NCBI GenBank assembly: GCA_039934295.1
Contig: JBDTMN010000001.1
Span: 38,091 to 102,090 of the forward strand
Source of the DNA: Candidatus Tayloriibacteriota bacterium
GTDB taxonomy: Bacteria; Patescibacteriota; Minisyncoccia; Phycocordibacterales; HO2-43-120
Direction: 5' to 3'
Length of the DNA stretch: 64,000 nucleotides
Under the pieces are notes generated by a model that saw only the letters and a list, made by a program, of their open reading frames with translations, was not told the DNA's origin and did not search any database. The position numbers and the translations under genes are program-made. This document shows positions 21,069 to 30,384 of the stretch, in pieces; the stretch's first letter is position 1, and each line of letters begins with the position of its first letter.

Positions 21069-22412
21069 TCATTTGCTTTTCCGGAGAACGAGACTGACTC
21101 GCTTGCCGAGCCGTGACTCATAATGCGCTACCAAGCTCGCCATGATATCCGCGGGGTCTCCTAGAAGTGTGAGCACCTTTCCCGTTTCCTTCTCAATCTT
21201 AAGGCCAGGAATGTCGCATGCTATCTCAAGCGCGTCATCACCAGCGTGACGTCGCATTTGCGAAATAGTGTCGCTCACCATCTCATAGTAGATGCGCTCC
21301 TTCTGTGGCTTATCAGCATAGCTGTGAAGTGGTTCTCTTCCTGCGCGGGCTCGCATGAACACTCGGCTTGCCATAAATGTGAGAATGCTTAGCAAAAGTG
21401 CGAGACTGCCAAATAACAAAAGGTCGCTCTGGAAAATGCCGAATAGCTTACGTTCAACCTTAAACTCAAAGCTTCCCGACGCGGGACTTTCTTGAAATGG
21501 ATATTGAATCTCACTTTCCGCTCGATACGTGCCGGAAGGAGTGTCACTCGGGATTTGAATTTGTTTTACAAAACTCGCGCTCGTATCAACCGCGATTGTC
21601 TCGTGTTCGGAATAAATGATAATGTTTTCTGCGTTCACAATTCTGTATGTTATCTGCACGTCAGCTCGGCGGGTCGAGCCGAAATTAGTCAGCTTTACAG
21701 ATATGGGAAGCGATTCGCCCGCCGCAACTCGTCTATCGACATCGGTGTCCAGTACAGGATTCAAGAGAACGTCGAAAAGAATCAGTTGCTCATTTTCTCC
21801 CGCATTGCTCAAAAGGGGATTTTGGACAATAAGCGAAGTCGTGGAATTCGAAGGTATTTCTCCAATAGCGGGTGATGTTTGGGAGCCCGGATTTGTCGCG
21901 GAAGTGATGGTTATCACTTCCGAAGTCGGTTCGAGGAAGGCGATTGCCGGTCCAACCAAGATATTTTCTTTGGAAATGCCGAAGGCCTTCAGTTCTACGT
22001 TAAAATAGAAGCTTGACACAGCAGGTCTTGCCTGATTTGCGAATGTAACATCACTCTCTATTCGGTATTTCCCAGGTTTTGTGTTCGCCGGAATTCCCAC
22101 CTGTCTTATAAAGCTGGCATTTGTATTAATAGAAGCTTGTTCTTGCTCAATATAAATTAAAGCTCCATCAGCACTAAAGATTTTGTACGTTATTCCCGCA
22201 TCAACGCGACGAATTGGACCGAAGGGAATCAGCTTCACGGATATGGGAAGTGAATCGCCCGCGGCGACGCTCACAATACTCACTACAGTGTTACCCGCGA
22301 TTTCTTCTGCGGCAAACGCAGACGGGTAAGTAAAAAATGAGGCAAGCGCGCAGATGCAAACAACCGCCGTCAAAGCGCGTTCCGCTCTCCTGATTATGGA
22401 TAATTTATTCAT
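21069..22412 (-). CDS. single-pass membrane protein with two Ig-like repeats and a cytoplasmic helical domain
   Basis: Signal peptide, repeated VAAG(D/E)SLPISVKL..FG..RR.D..ITY...G.YR.ES domain, TM segment, ~80-aa C-terminal domain. Confidence 0.75.
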   Translation of the reverse strand: MNKLSIIRRAERALTAVVCICALASFFTYPSAFAAEEIAGNTVVSIVSVAAGDSLPISVKLIPFGPIRRVDAGITYKIFSADGALIYIEQEQASINTNASFIRQVGIPANTKPGKYRIESDVTFANQARPAVSSFYFNVELKAFGISKENILVGPAIAFLEPTSEVITITSATNPGSQTSPAIGEIPSNSTTSLIVQNPLLSNAGENEQLILFDVLLNPVLDTDVDRRVAAGESLPISVKLTNFGSTRRADVQITYRIVNAENIIIYSEHETIAVDTSASFVKQIQIPSDTPSGTYRAESEIQYPFQESPASGSFEFKVERKLFGIFQSDLLLFGSLALLLSILTFMASRVFMRARAGREPLHSYADKPQKERIYYEMVSDTISQMRRHAGDDALEIACDIPGLKIEKETGKVLTLLGDPADIMASLVAHYESRLGKRVSLVLRKSK

Positions 22413-22915
22413 GAATTTTTTTTGGGGAGCTCATTGTTTGTCGAGTTTGGCAACGTCAAATCAGGGGGCGTTAATGCGGGAGAGGCGGATGCGTGAGAGG
22501 TTGGCGAACCACTAGGGGTATTTTGTCGTCGCTTGAAATTGCTGAAATGTATTTTACTACTATAGAGTTGCCCGACGGAAAAGATAAGTAACAGTAAGAC
22601 AATAAATAGCGCAATGAACAATGACGAATATCCGTAGACCGATTCCGAGGTTAGCAAAAGAGGGTTGATATTAATATCAAAAAGAACCGGGGGGCGTCCT
22701 TGCTCTGTTGTTGTCGCAGTCGTTGAGGCGCTACATGTTGTATCCCCAAGAAAGCAGTTCGTGTCTCGCGGTCCATCTGTGCTGTTGGTGTCAGCGAAGG
22801 CGGTAAGGCTCAAAGAAAAAAACATCGCTGAAAACAATATCAATAAAAAAAACGCTGTTACTTTGGGAGCTCTATCGCCGATTCTGTTCGCGCTTACGAG
22901 GCGTGTTGTTATCAT
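22409..22915 (-). CDS. hypothetical membrane protein
   Basis: Signal peptide, Thr-rich linker, LFDININP motif shared with the neighbour, TM; stop overlaps next start (ATGA); start uncertain. Confidence 0.6.
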   Translation of the reverse strand: MITTRLVSANRIGDRAPKVTAFFLLILFSAMFFSLSLTAFADTNSTDGPRDTNCFLGDTTCSASTTATTTEQGRPPVLFDININPLLLTSESVYGYSSLFIALFIVLLLLIFSVGQLYSSKIHFSNFKRRQNTPSGSPTSHASASPALTPPDLTLPNSTNNELPKKNS

Positions 22916-22964
22916 ATATAAACCGTTTACCCCATCTTTAGTCCGTGACGAAGGCGAGGGGAGT

Positions 22965-23366
22965 CTACTCATGGCGAGTAAGCTGTTCACGCACCTTCTC
23001 CACAACTTGGTTAATCGTCCAGTCTGTTTTCACGAGGTAATAGGATGGCTCTGTTTCGGCGACCGTGCGAATAGTCTCGGGATTGTCGGCGCTTAAGTTG
23101 GTAAGGATAACAACAGGCACAGTCTTGCCCCACTCATTTGCCATGCGCAATTCTTTCAGCATTGTGAGCCCATCTTTGACGGGCATAAGAATATCCAGAA
23201 CGATAATATCGGGTTTTATCGAGAGGGCGCGTTCAAGTCCGATTTTTCCGTCTTGAGCGCCTTCGACTGCAAACCCTTCTCGCTCAAATTTTTCGGACAA
23301 CGCGGCGAGCATCTTGACTTCGTCTTCGACGATGAGGACGATATTTTTTTTCTCGTCAGTTTTCAT
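22965..23366 (-). CDS. single-domain response regulator, paralog of 17730..18140
   Basis: LIVEDE, VLDILMPVKDG, PVVILTN, YLVK. Confidence 0.9.
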   Translation of the reverse strand: MKTDEKKNIVLIVEDEVKMLAALSEKFEREGFAVEGAQDGKIGLERALSIKPDIIVLDILMPVKDGLTMLKELRMANEWGKTVPVVILTNLSADNPETIRTVAETEPSYYLVKTDWTINQVVEKVREQLTRHE

Positions 23367-23461
23367 TTCAATTATTGTATCACGAATTGAATGCAAAGCG
23401 AGCTACTTCCCGAACATCGCTGGGTTTAATTCATCAGTCCGAAAGGCTGAATCGCTTCAAA

Positions 23462-24829
23462 CTATAAAACCGGAAGGTTTTTTATGAATGCGCGGGTGAT
23501 GGGTCCAAAGTTTCCGGAGGCCGGGGAGATGGAAACCGCAGTCTGATATTCGGCGAGCGCCCTCTGTGTCATCGGTCCGAAATAGCCGGTCGCTCCCGCT
23601 CCCGCCAAAGCGTATGCCCCCGGTCCCTGATTCATGAGGATGAGGAATTTCTGAAGTTCGACAACATCAACTCCGCTTGAGCCTAGGGAAAGGTCGCGAA
23701 GCGTGGGTGTTGCGGAAGGGGAAGCAGGGACTGCAGGGATTGTGGTGGCGGTTGTTGAGAGAGGGTTTTGCGATACGTAAGATTTTGTATTCGTGCTGTA
23801 AATTCCTTGGGCTGGCGATATGTTTGTTGCAAGCTGAAACTCGATCAAAGCATTTTTAGTCAACTGACCGAAGTAGCTTGTGGCGCCTGCGCCTGCCAAG
23901 ACTCCTGCCGCCGGACCCTTGTTTGCCTGGATAAGATATGTCTGGAGCGTTTTTACGCCGGGTCCGCTCGAGCCCAAGACAAGGTCGCCGGAGGCACCTT
24001 GCGCGACAGTGGCGCCGGCAAATGGCCTGTTGGTCATGGCTATCATTATTTCAGGGGGCACGGTCACTCCCTGGGCTATGATAGACCGAAACTCATCGGC
24101 AAAATAACCAGCAAGGAGATTTGATAAAGCTTCAGGATCCGGACTATCCTCTAGTATGGCATTTAGAAAGTCAATTTTTTCCTGCGGGGTGAATGAGCCG
24201 GTGAGCCGTGGATACGGGTCGGTCGCACCATTTTTGCGTATTTCAAAGTGCAGGTGAGATAATCCGCCGTTCGCGTTTCCGGTCGCGCCGACGAAGCCGA
24301 TAAGGTCTCCTCGGGATATTTTGTTTCCGCGTTTAAGGCGCGACGGCTGGTCCATGTGCATATATACGAACGTTTCTCCTCCTTGGTTTGAGGTGTAGAC
24401 ATAATTTCCGGCGCTTGTTCCGAAGCCCACGCTCGAAACTACCGCGTCAGTGGGAGTGACAATAGGCACTCCGGTCTTTGATATGAGGTCCTGACCTTCA
24501 TGAGTTCTGGTTCCTCCGCCTCGTGAATCACCAAAATCTGGATAAAAGTCAGAGCGGTCAATGCCAAAAAGGACGGGAATTGGCAGGCTTTCAACACGCG
24601 TGCCACCAAGAGATTTTACGGACGATCTGGTGGACGCAGACTGGTCAATCCAATTGGTTATCTCCGCTTCATTGACGGGAGCATCGAGCCCAGAGCCTTC
24701 GACTGTGTTAGCCAACTGCGTCCTCCAGTAGTTATGGATTTTGTTTCCGGTCTCAGCTTGGACATTCTCCGGGTTCACGAAGAGGGGAAATGCAATGGCG
24801 ATGATGACGAGAATTGAGATATGCTTCAT
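23462..24829 (-). CDS. M23 family peptidase with C-terminal peptidoglycan-binding domains
   Basis: HEGQD and HLHFE M23 zinc motifs; two L.LGSSG..V..LQ..L...G.FG..T..AL..(F/Y)Q PG-binding repeats. Confidence 0.9.
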   Translation of the reverse strand: MKHISILVIIAIAFPLFVNPENVQAETGNKIHNYWRTQLANTVEGSGLDAPVNEAEITNWIDQSASTRSSVKSLGGTRVESLPIPVLFGIDRSDFYPDFGDSRGGGTRTHEGQDLISKTGVPIVTPTDAVVSSVGFGTSAGNYVYTSNQGGETFVYMHMDQPSRLKRGNKISRGDLIGFVGATGNANGGLSHLHFEIRKNGATDPYPRLTGSFTPQEKIDFLNAILEDSPDPEALSNLLAGYFADEFRSIIAQGVTVPPEIMIAMTNRPFAGATVAQGASGDLVLGSSGPGVKTLQTYLIQANKGPAAGVLAGAGATSYFGQLTKNALIEFQLATNISPAQGIYSTNTKSYVSQNPLSTTATTIPAVPASPSATPTLRDLSLGSSGVDVVELQKFLILMNQGPGAYALAGAGATGYFGPMTQRALAEYQTAVSISPASGNFGPITRAFIKNLPVL

Positions 24830-24913
24830 AAAATTTTTTATTAAAAATAACTCATGCATATACATTGATTCAATTTATTATATCATCTTCTTGGATTTTA
24901 GAGAGTTGGCGGG

Positions 24914-25845
24914 CATTTTAGTCTTCATGTTGTTATGGCTGAGACTCGGGCAAAAGCATTGAATATCTATACAAATCTTGGGTGAGAGTCATGAATTTTT
25001 TATAATTTTCGTCTGTCTTTAAGCTACCAATCGTACCGTCTTTAACTTTCACAATCTCCTTTCCTGTAGTGTCATATAGATAAAAGAAACCGCCCGTGAG
25101 ACCTAATAACCGGTCTGGGACTTGAAAATATTTCATATCATAGTCTCCTTCATAGAAAACACCGTACGTATTTGCGTCGTTTTCAAGACATATTTTTTTG
25201 ATTATCTCCATATACTTCGACGTCTTGTCCTTACCTTTTGAAATCATATTCAACCCATCTACCACCCTATTAAAATATACTCTGTTCCATTCAAAAGCCG
25301 TATCCCCAAGCTCTTTCATTTTCGTTAAAAATTCTTGTTTCGAGAGAGATTGATCGATAATTTCCAGTCGCAAATAAAGTGACGGTTCTTGTCGGAGTTG
25401 CCATTTTCCCAATAATAATTCGAATTTCGCATTATAAACCGATTGCGGATCATATTGTTCTATGGCATGTAACTCCTTCATAATATCTTCCCTCTTTAGG
25501 AGTAGAGCCCCGAACGGATCTACGACAGCTCGAGCTATCAACATATGCTGATCCTGGAGATACTCAAATGCTATTGACGTATCTAGTGTGCCATAAAAAT
25601 CACCGTTTTCACTTTTGGTCAATTCTTCAGGTTTGCCGTGGACTTTATCCGACCATGCCATGACATAGCGGAGGGCAGCCGCCTGGTCGAGCGGTTCTTG
25701 AGATACACGAATGTCCTCCTTGTTCGATGAAAAGAAGTAGATTCCAATTCCCGCGAGAACTATAATAGCTAGAACAATGTACATTTTGGGTGATTTCATT
25801 GAGAATAATTAAATACTTGATTTCTTCATTAAATAAATTATACCA
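24914..25845. repeat. direct repeat copy 1 (partner 27668..28596)
   Basis: 24914..25010 matches 27668..27764 and 25374..25845 matches 28125..28596; divergent in between. Confidence 0.9.
24933..25799 (-). CDS. membrane-anchored hypothetical protein, copy A1
   Basis: N-terminal TM; first ~140 aa and last ~25 aa identical to 27687..28550. Confidence 0.85.
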   Translation of the reverse strand: MKSPKMYIVLAIIVLAGIGIYFFSSNKEDIRVSQEPLDQAAALRYVMAWSDKVHGKPEELTKSENGDFYGTLDTSIAFEYLQDQHMLIARAVVDPFGALLLKREDIMKELHAIEQYDPQSVYNAKFELLLGKWQLRQEPSLYLRLEIIDQSLSKQEFLTKMKELGDTAFEWNRVYFNRVVDGLNMISKGKDKTSKYMEIIKKICLENDANTYGVFYEGDYDMKYFQVPDRLLGLTGGFFYLYDTTGKEIVKVKDGTIGSLKTDENYKKFMTLTQDLYRYSMLLPESQP

Positions 25846-25878
25846 TAATATGTCAGTACACAAAAAATCGTAACCTTA

Positions 25879-26841
25879 TCATTCTTTAGTTATCTTGAAT
25901 GTTGCAATGACTGTCGTGAAAAACTCGTCTACTGGAAAACCTGTTTTTTCTGAAAGACCGTCGACATCGACAAAAAATTTATTATTTTCCCCAAAAAATA
26001 CCGCATACGCAAAGTGGTTTGGGGCAATATCTGCACCGGACGTTTCCTCTTTCATATACGTATACGGTATTTTGTTTGGATTGGGATTTGAAAGTGCGTA
26101 AGAAGGTATTTCAAAATCATTTTCTGAATATGGATATTTTGATACCACTATGGTAGGCCTGGTTCCTGAAATTAGTTCTTTATTGGGGGAATTTAGCGTA
26201 ATGACGCATTCATATCCACGTTTGTTCTTTGTCTGATGATCTTCAACTGACATAACTTCCCAGCCGAAAAAGATTGGGTATCGGAAGGTAAATCCTGTCA
26301 TGTTCGAACAGGAGGAATCTCGAGTTTCGATTACTTTGGATTTTTTGAACACAAACGTCTTGATTATCATATCCGCCATTTTCTTGGCGGAGTAGCTATT
26401 TTGTTCATCATATGGTGAAGGAAGAGGAACTGATATCTCAACAACTTCAGTTTTTGACTGTGGAGTTGATATTGAACTTCCAATAAATGACAAATATCCA
26501 ATCTTTACATCGTAATTTGTGTAAGTAATTCCATTAGGATTTGTCGGCAATCTGTCAGGTAATGCGATAGGTGATGATTGATAATTTCTGGAAATCTTAA
26601 TCGATGGTGCGACAACACTCTCAAAGGGTACACTAAAATAAATATTTCCATCACTTGGTATTGAAGATTTCCACCCCTCAAACTCCGGATACTGGAAGGA
26701 AAAACCACCATCGGGGGCGGTGTAAGTCTCCACGGATATTACCTTCGGATTTCCTAAACTAGGACGAGTGGAAATCCAGCCTATGGCAGCAATAATAATT
26801 AGTAGTGCGATAAGTGTGATCATAATTTTGTGGGATTTCAT
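25879..26841 (-). CDS. membrane-anchored protein with two PsbP-like repeats
   Basis: TM anchor; GFSFQYPEFEGW / GFTFRYPIFFGW, NPNGITY / NPNKIPY, IIKTFVF / VIATFKI internal duplication. Confidence 0.7.
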   Translation of the reverse strand: MKSHKIMITLIALLIIIAAIGWISTRPSLGNPKVISVETYTAPDGGFSFQYPEFEGWKSSIPSDGNIYFSVPFESVVAPSIKISRNYQSSPIALPDRLPTNPNGITYTNYDVKIGYLSFIGSSISTPQSKTEVVEISVPLPSPYDEQNSYSAKKMADMIIKTFVFKKSKVIETRDSSCSNMTGFTFRYPIFFGWEVMSVEDHQTKNKRGYECVITLNSPNKELISGTRPTIVVSKYPYSENDFEIPSYALSNPNPNKIPYTYMKEETSGADIAPNHFAYAVFFGENNKFFVDVDGLSEKTGFPVDEFFTTVIATFKITKE

Positions 26842-26873
26842 AAGAAATAGTATATCACAGCATCATACACCTC

Positions 26874-27206
26874 TTAATTCAAGAAAAAATTTATATATAT
26901 TACAATAAGGTACAACACCACTCGAACCCAGCGCCAATAATTACAAGACCGTTGTTCCTCCGCTGGTGGTGAGAAAGCGATAAAGAGCGCGAACGAGACA
27001 AAAGATATTGCAAGAACTCCAACAATAGTGTCTGCAAAGAATAAAGTGCAATATGCTCCATCTGTACATGAATAGCCAAAAGGTGTCAGGATGAAAAGAA
27101 CAATGAGCAGACTCATGCCTGAACTCAACATAGGTATAGGAAGGATGCTTAATATAATAAACGGGATTCCCAGTCTTCTTTCATATGTTGATAATTTGTT
27201 TTTCAT
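26874..27206 (-). CDS. small multi-pass membrane protein
   Basis: 110 aa, hydrophobic, with a CTDGAYC loop. Confidence 0.6.
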   Translation of the reverse strand: MKNKLSTYERRLGIPFIILSILPIPMLSSGMSLLIVLFILTPFGYSCTDGAYCTLFFADTIVGVLAISFVSFALFIAFSPPAEEQRSCNYWRWVRVVLYLIVIYINFFLN

Positions 27207-27212
27207 ATTTTT

Positions 27213-27632
27213 TTAAATATTAAGCGTCAACCAATAAAATACCGTCAACAAAAGACAAGTAGCTAAAATAACAAGGATAAAATTCTTCCCATACAACCTA
27301 TCAATTTTTCTATACTGTCGATTAATTGTAGTAAGGTCAGCTCTCTCACCTCTACGGAATATCAAGATCGCCAGACATAGTCCAATAATAAAAGAAATAG
27401 CATTCGTGTAAAACAAGTTTCCGTATATCAATATATTTTCAGGAACAAAGAAGCAGAGACTGATTACGAAAAATAATACGATGAGACCGGAAAAAATCCT
27501 CGCACCAACCCCTTTGATGCGATATATTTCATCTAATATCAAAGGCTGATACAACATCCTCCCCTTGATCAAGGTAATAGTAAAAAGACATACTGCAAAA
27601 AATGAGAAAGTTGTTAAAAAAAATTCTGTCAT
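27213..27632 (-). CDS. four-TM hypothetical membrane protein
   Basis: 139 aa, four hydrophobic segments; 6 bp from the next gene. Confidence 0.6.
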   Translation of the reverse strand: MTEFFLTTFSFFAVCLFTITLIKGRMLYQPLILDEIYRIKGVGARIFSGLIVLFFVISLCFFVPENILIYGNLFYTNAISFIIGLCLAILIFRRGERADLTTINRQYRKIDRLYGKNFILVILATCLLLTVFYWLTLNI

Positions 27633-27682
27633 ATCGCGCGATTGATTACGAGGGCAATGATGATATACATTTTAGTCTTCAT
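27629..27682 (-). pseudogene. truncated N-terminal remnant of another anchored-protein cassette (MKTKMYIIIALVINRAI*)
   Basis: ATG 4 nt after the A2 stop; resembles the MKSPKMYIVLAIIV start of A1/A2; its TGA overlaps the ATG of 27213..27632. Confidence 0.45.
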
Positions 27683-28596
27683 GTTGTTATGGCTGAGACT
27701 CGGGCAAAAGCATTGAATATCTATACAAATCTTGGGTGAGAGTCATGAATTTTTTATAATTTTCATCTGCCTCTGATTTACCAAGTGTATCTTCTTTAAC
27801 CTTCAAAACCTCCTTTCCCGACGTGTCATATAAATACTGAAAATCACCTATTTTAACCCTGGCTGGAACTTCGAAATATTTGATATCATTGGTTTTACCG
27901 TCATAAATAACATTGTACGTATTCGCGCCCTTTTCGAAACATATTTTTTTGATAATATCCATATACTTCAATGCCATATTCTGGCCTTTTGAGACAAAAT
28001 TTGCCCCATCCACCACCTCGCCAAAATATGTTTGGTTCCATACAAATGCTGTATCCCTAAGCTCCCTCATTTTCGTCAAAAACTCTTGTTTTGAGAGAGA
28101 TTGATCAATAAATTCCAATCGCAGATAAAGTGACGGTTCTTGTCGGAGTTGCCATTTTCCCAATAATAATTCGAATTTCGCATTATAAACCGATTGCGGA
28201 TCATATTGTTCTATGGCATGTAACTCCTTCATAATATCTTCCCTCTTTAGGAGTAGAGCCCCGAACGGATCTACGACAGCTCGAGCTATCAACATATGCT
28301 GATCCTGGAGATACTCAAATGCTATTGACGTATCTAGTGTGCCATAAAAATCACCGTTTTCACTTTTGGTCAATTCTTCAGGTTTGCCGTGGACTTTATC
28401 CGACCATGCCATGACATAGCGGAGGGCAGCCGCCTGGTCGAGCGGTTCTTGAGATACACGAATGTCCTCCTTGTTCGATGAAAAGAAGTAGATTCCAATT
28501 CCCGCGAGAACTATAATAGCTAGAACAATGTACATTTTGGGTGATTTCATTGAGAATAATTAAATACTTGATTTCTTCATTAAATAAATTATACCA
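27668..28596. repeat. direct repeat copy 2 (partner 24914..25845)
   Basis: Identity ends exactly at the extended -10 (TGGTATAAT on the minus strand). Confidence 0.9.
27687..28550 (-). CDS. membrane-anchored hypothetical protein, copy A2
   Basis: Paralog of 24933..25799 with a divergent central/C-terminal segment. Confidence 0.85.
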   Translation of the reverse strand: MKSPKMYIVLAIIVLAGIGIYFFSSNKEDIRVSQEPLDQAAALRYVMAWSDKVHGKPEELTKSENGDFYGTLDTSIAFEYLQDQHMLIARAVVDPFGALLLKREDIMKELHAIEQYDPQSVYNAKFELLLGKWQLRQEPSLYLRLEFIDQSLSKQEFLTKMRELRDTAFVWNQTYFGEVVDGANFVSKGQNMALKYMDIIKKICFEKGANTYNVIYDGKTNDIKYFEVPARVKIGDFQYLYDTSGKEVLKVKEDTLGKSEADENYKKFMTLTQDLYRYSMLLPESQP

Positions 28597-28605
28597 CGAG
28601 CTACC

Positions 28606-29169
28606 TTACTGCGATTTCACTTGTGTCGTAGTAGTTACAAACGTAAATGTCGATAATATTCCTTCCAAAATACCTTCGCTCTTTTCCTTGTCGGCTAAAT
28701 TTGATCCGACAGAAATCTCATACCACAGCCCATTTTCATATGTTTGAGCTAATGCCATAAACGCCATTATTTCTGCGTCCTCTGTAGTTATCTTTTTCCA
28801 TTCAATCCCGTTGCTCAAGATTGCAATAGGGTTGTCATCACTGCCCATAGAATATTTACCTGTCTTGTGAACAAAAACCTGCACACCCGGGCAACCAGTA
28901 GGAAATAATTTCTCTTCACGCACTTGACGACATTTTTCATTGAAATCAAGATTTAAGCCAGTTTTTGATTCCTTTAAAACAAAAGTTGCTGGATGTTTCA
29001 ACTCAAAACCATATTGCGTGTTGGTATATGTGATCCAATCCTTACTGCCTGACTGATTAAAAAAAGCTCGTTCATTAAAACCATTGGTCCAGAGATACAA
29101 AAGACCCAAGAAGATAAGAGCAACTGCGACTATTGCATAGTAAATTTTTGTCGGTACATTAAATTTCAT
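28606..29169 (-). CDS. membrane-anchored PsbP-like protein
   Basis: TM anchor, WITYTNTQYGFELKHP, C-terminal ILSTFTF; own TGCTATAAT promoter. Confidence 0.75.
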   Translation of the reverse strand: MKFNVPTKIYYAIVAVALIFLGLLYLWTNGFNERAFFNQSGSKDWITYTNTQYGFELKHPATFVLKESKTGLNLDFNEKCRQVREEKLFPTGCPGVQVFVHKTGKYSMGSDDNPIAILSNGIEWKKITTEDAEIMAFMALAQTYENGLWYEISVGSNLADKEKSEGILEGILSTFTFVTTTTQVKSQ

Positions 29170-29226
29170 TGTATTTTTATCTCACTAAATTATTATAGCA
29201 TCAACCACCCTCTTTCCTTCATCATC

Positions 29227-30144
29227 CTATCTGGATTGAGCTACGATTTGTTCCAAGTCAGTCCAATTTATTTGCAAATCATTGTAAATTAAACCATCTA
29301 AGCCTTTGTATTTTTCAAATTGTTCATCGGGTACGCTTAGTTGTAAATCTGCCCATAATGTCGAACCGGGATTTGGATCCTGCATATAAATATCCAAAAT
29401 TCCCTGTGGTTTTCCTGAAACAGCATGCGTTGCTCCTCTGACCTCAAAAGCAAATGTTTTATTAGCCTGGTCAGTATATGAAACTCTGCTCTTAAATGCG
29501 GGGTCATTGGCTGCAGATTCTTCCATAAAACCATCAATTTTCTGCATAACAGAATTAAAATCAGAAACGCCAAGTCCAGAACTATCGAGGATTTTTAATG
29601 CAATAAAAGTTAAAGGCAAGTGGCCATCGGCAGAATCGCCGTATTTAGGATAAAAGAAAATTTTATCTAACGGATCAAACCCTCCCATACTTTCCCAACC
29701 CAATGGAACATTCATTTTAGCAGCAAGTAAATTTGCATTGACTGTGGCATAGCCGTCATTCTTCTCTACTATTGTTAAATGTGGAGTGCCGTATTCTGTA
29801 ACATTAGGAGCTGCAATTTTTGGATCCAGACTATCAGTATTATCACTGAACGCAAATTCTTTATAAGTTGCAGTTGGAAAATTTATTTTTTTTGTTTTAA
29901 GTGTACTCATATTTGATTGATTAGTTTGAGTACTACTTTCAGAAGTATTTGATAAATTTTCATCTCGTTTTATTAAATATGAACCCAACCAAGCTAAAAG
30001 TGAGAATACTACGATAACACTTCCTAAAATTATACCGATAATTTTCCATATTTTCCCTATATGTGCTGGCTCGGGGGGAATTGTTTGCGGAGCAGATGGA
30101 GGCATTTCAGGTGGTTGCATTTGTTGAGATGTTTGATTTTCCAT
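29227..30144 (-). CDS. membrane-anchored hypothetical protein (PsbP-like segment)
   Basis: Pro/Gln-rich N-terminus, TM, Ser/Thr linker, AKMNVPLGWE. Confidence 0.7.
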   Translation of the reverse strand: MENQTSQQMQPPEMPPSAPQTIPPEPAHIGKIWKIIGIILGSVIVVFSLLAWLGSYLIKRDENLSNTSESSTQTNQSNMSTLKTKKINFPTATYKEFAFSDNTDSLDPKIAAPNVTEYGTPHLTIVEKNDGYATVNANLLAAKMNVPLGWESMGGFDPLDKIFFYPKYGDSADGHLPLTFIALKILDSSGLGVSDFNSVMQKIDGFMEESAANDPAFKSRVSYTDQANKTFAFEVRGATHAVSGKPQGILDIYMQDPNPGSTLWADLQLSVPDEQFEKYKGLDGLIYNDLQINWTDLEQIVAQSR

Positions 30145-30300
30145 ATTTAAAAGTTAAATTATTAATAATGATTATTATCCCACTAAACCCTCACCTCATC
30201 AACCACCTTTTTTCTTTTTCAGCTAGTTTTTTCTTTGAACTCCATGAGCCATCTGTGAACTTCATGTAGTCGTAAGCTACGGGCGCATTACCTGTGCTAT

Positions 30301-30330
30301 TTGACAAGAAGCTATAAATAGTGTATACAT
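30301..30330 (+). promoter_or_regulatory. sigma70-type promoter
   Basis: TTGACA followed 17 bp later by TATACA. Confidence 0.55.
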
Positions 30331-30384
30331 TATTATAGTTTTACCGAATTGATTTGCGGATTTAACCAGAAACGAAAGGTCTTT

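Noticed and set aside
24914-28596. Diversity-generating retroelement TR/VR pair
   Set aside because: Differences include indels and changes at all bases over ~360 bp, both copies are full genes, and no reverse transcriptase is in the window.
24933-30200. Integron cassette array
   Set aside because: No intI and no attC-like hairpins with GTTRRRY ends were seen; genes carry their own promoters.
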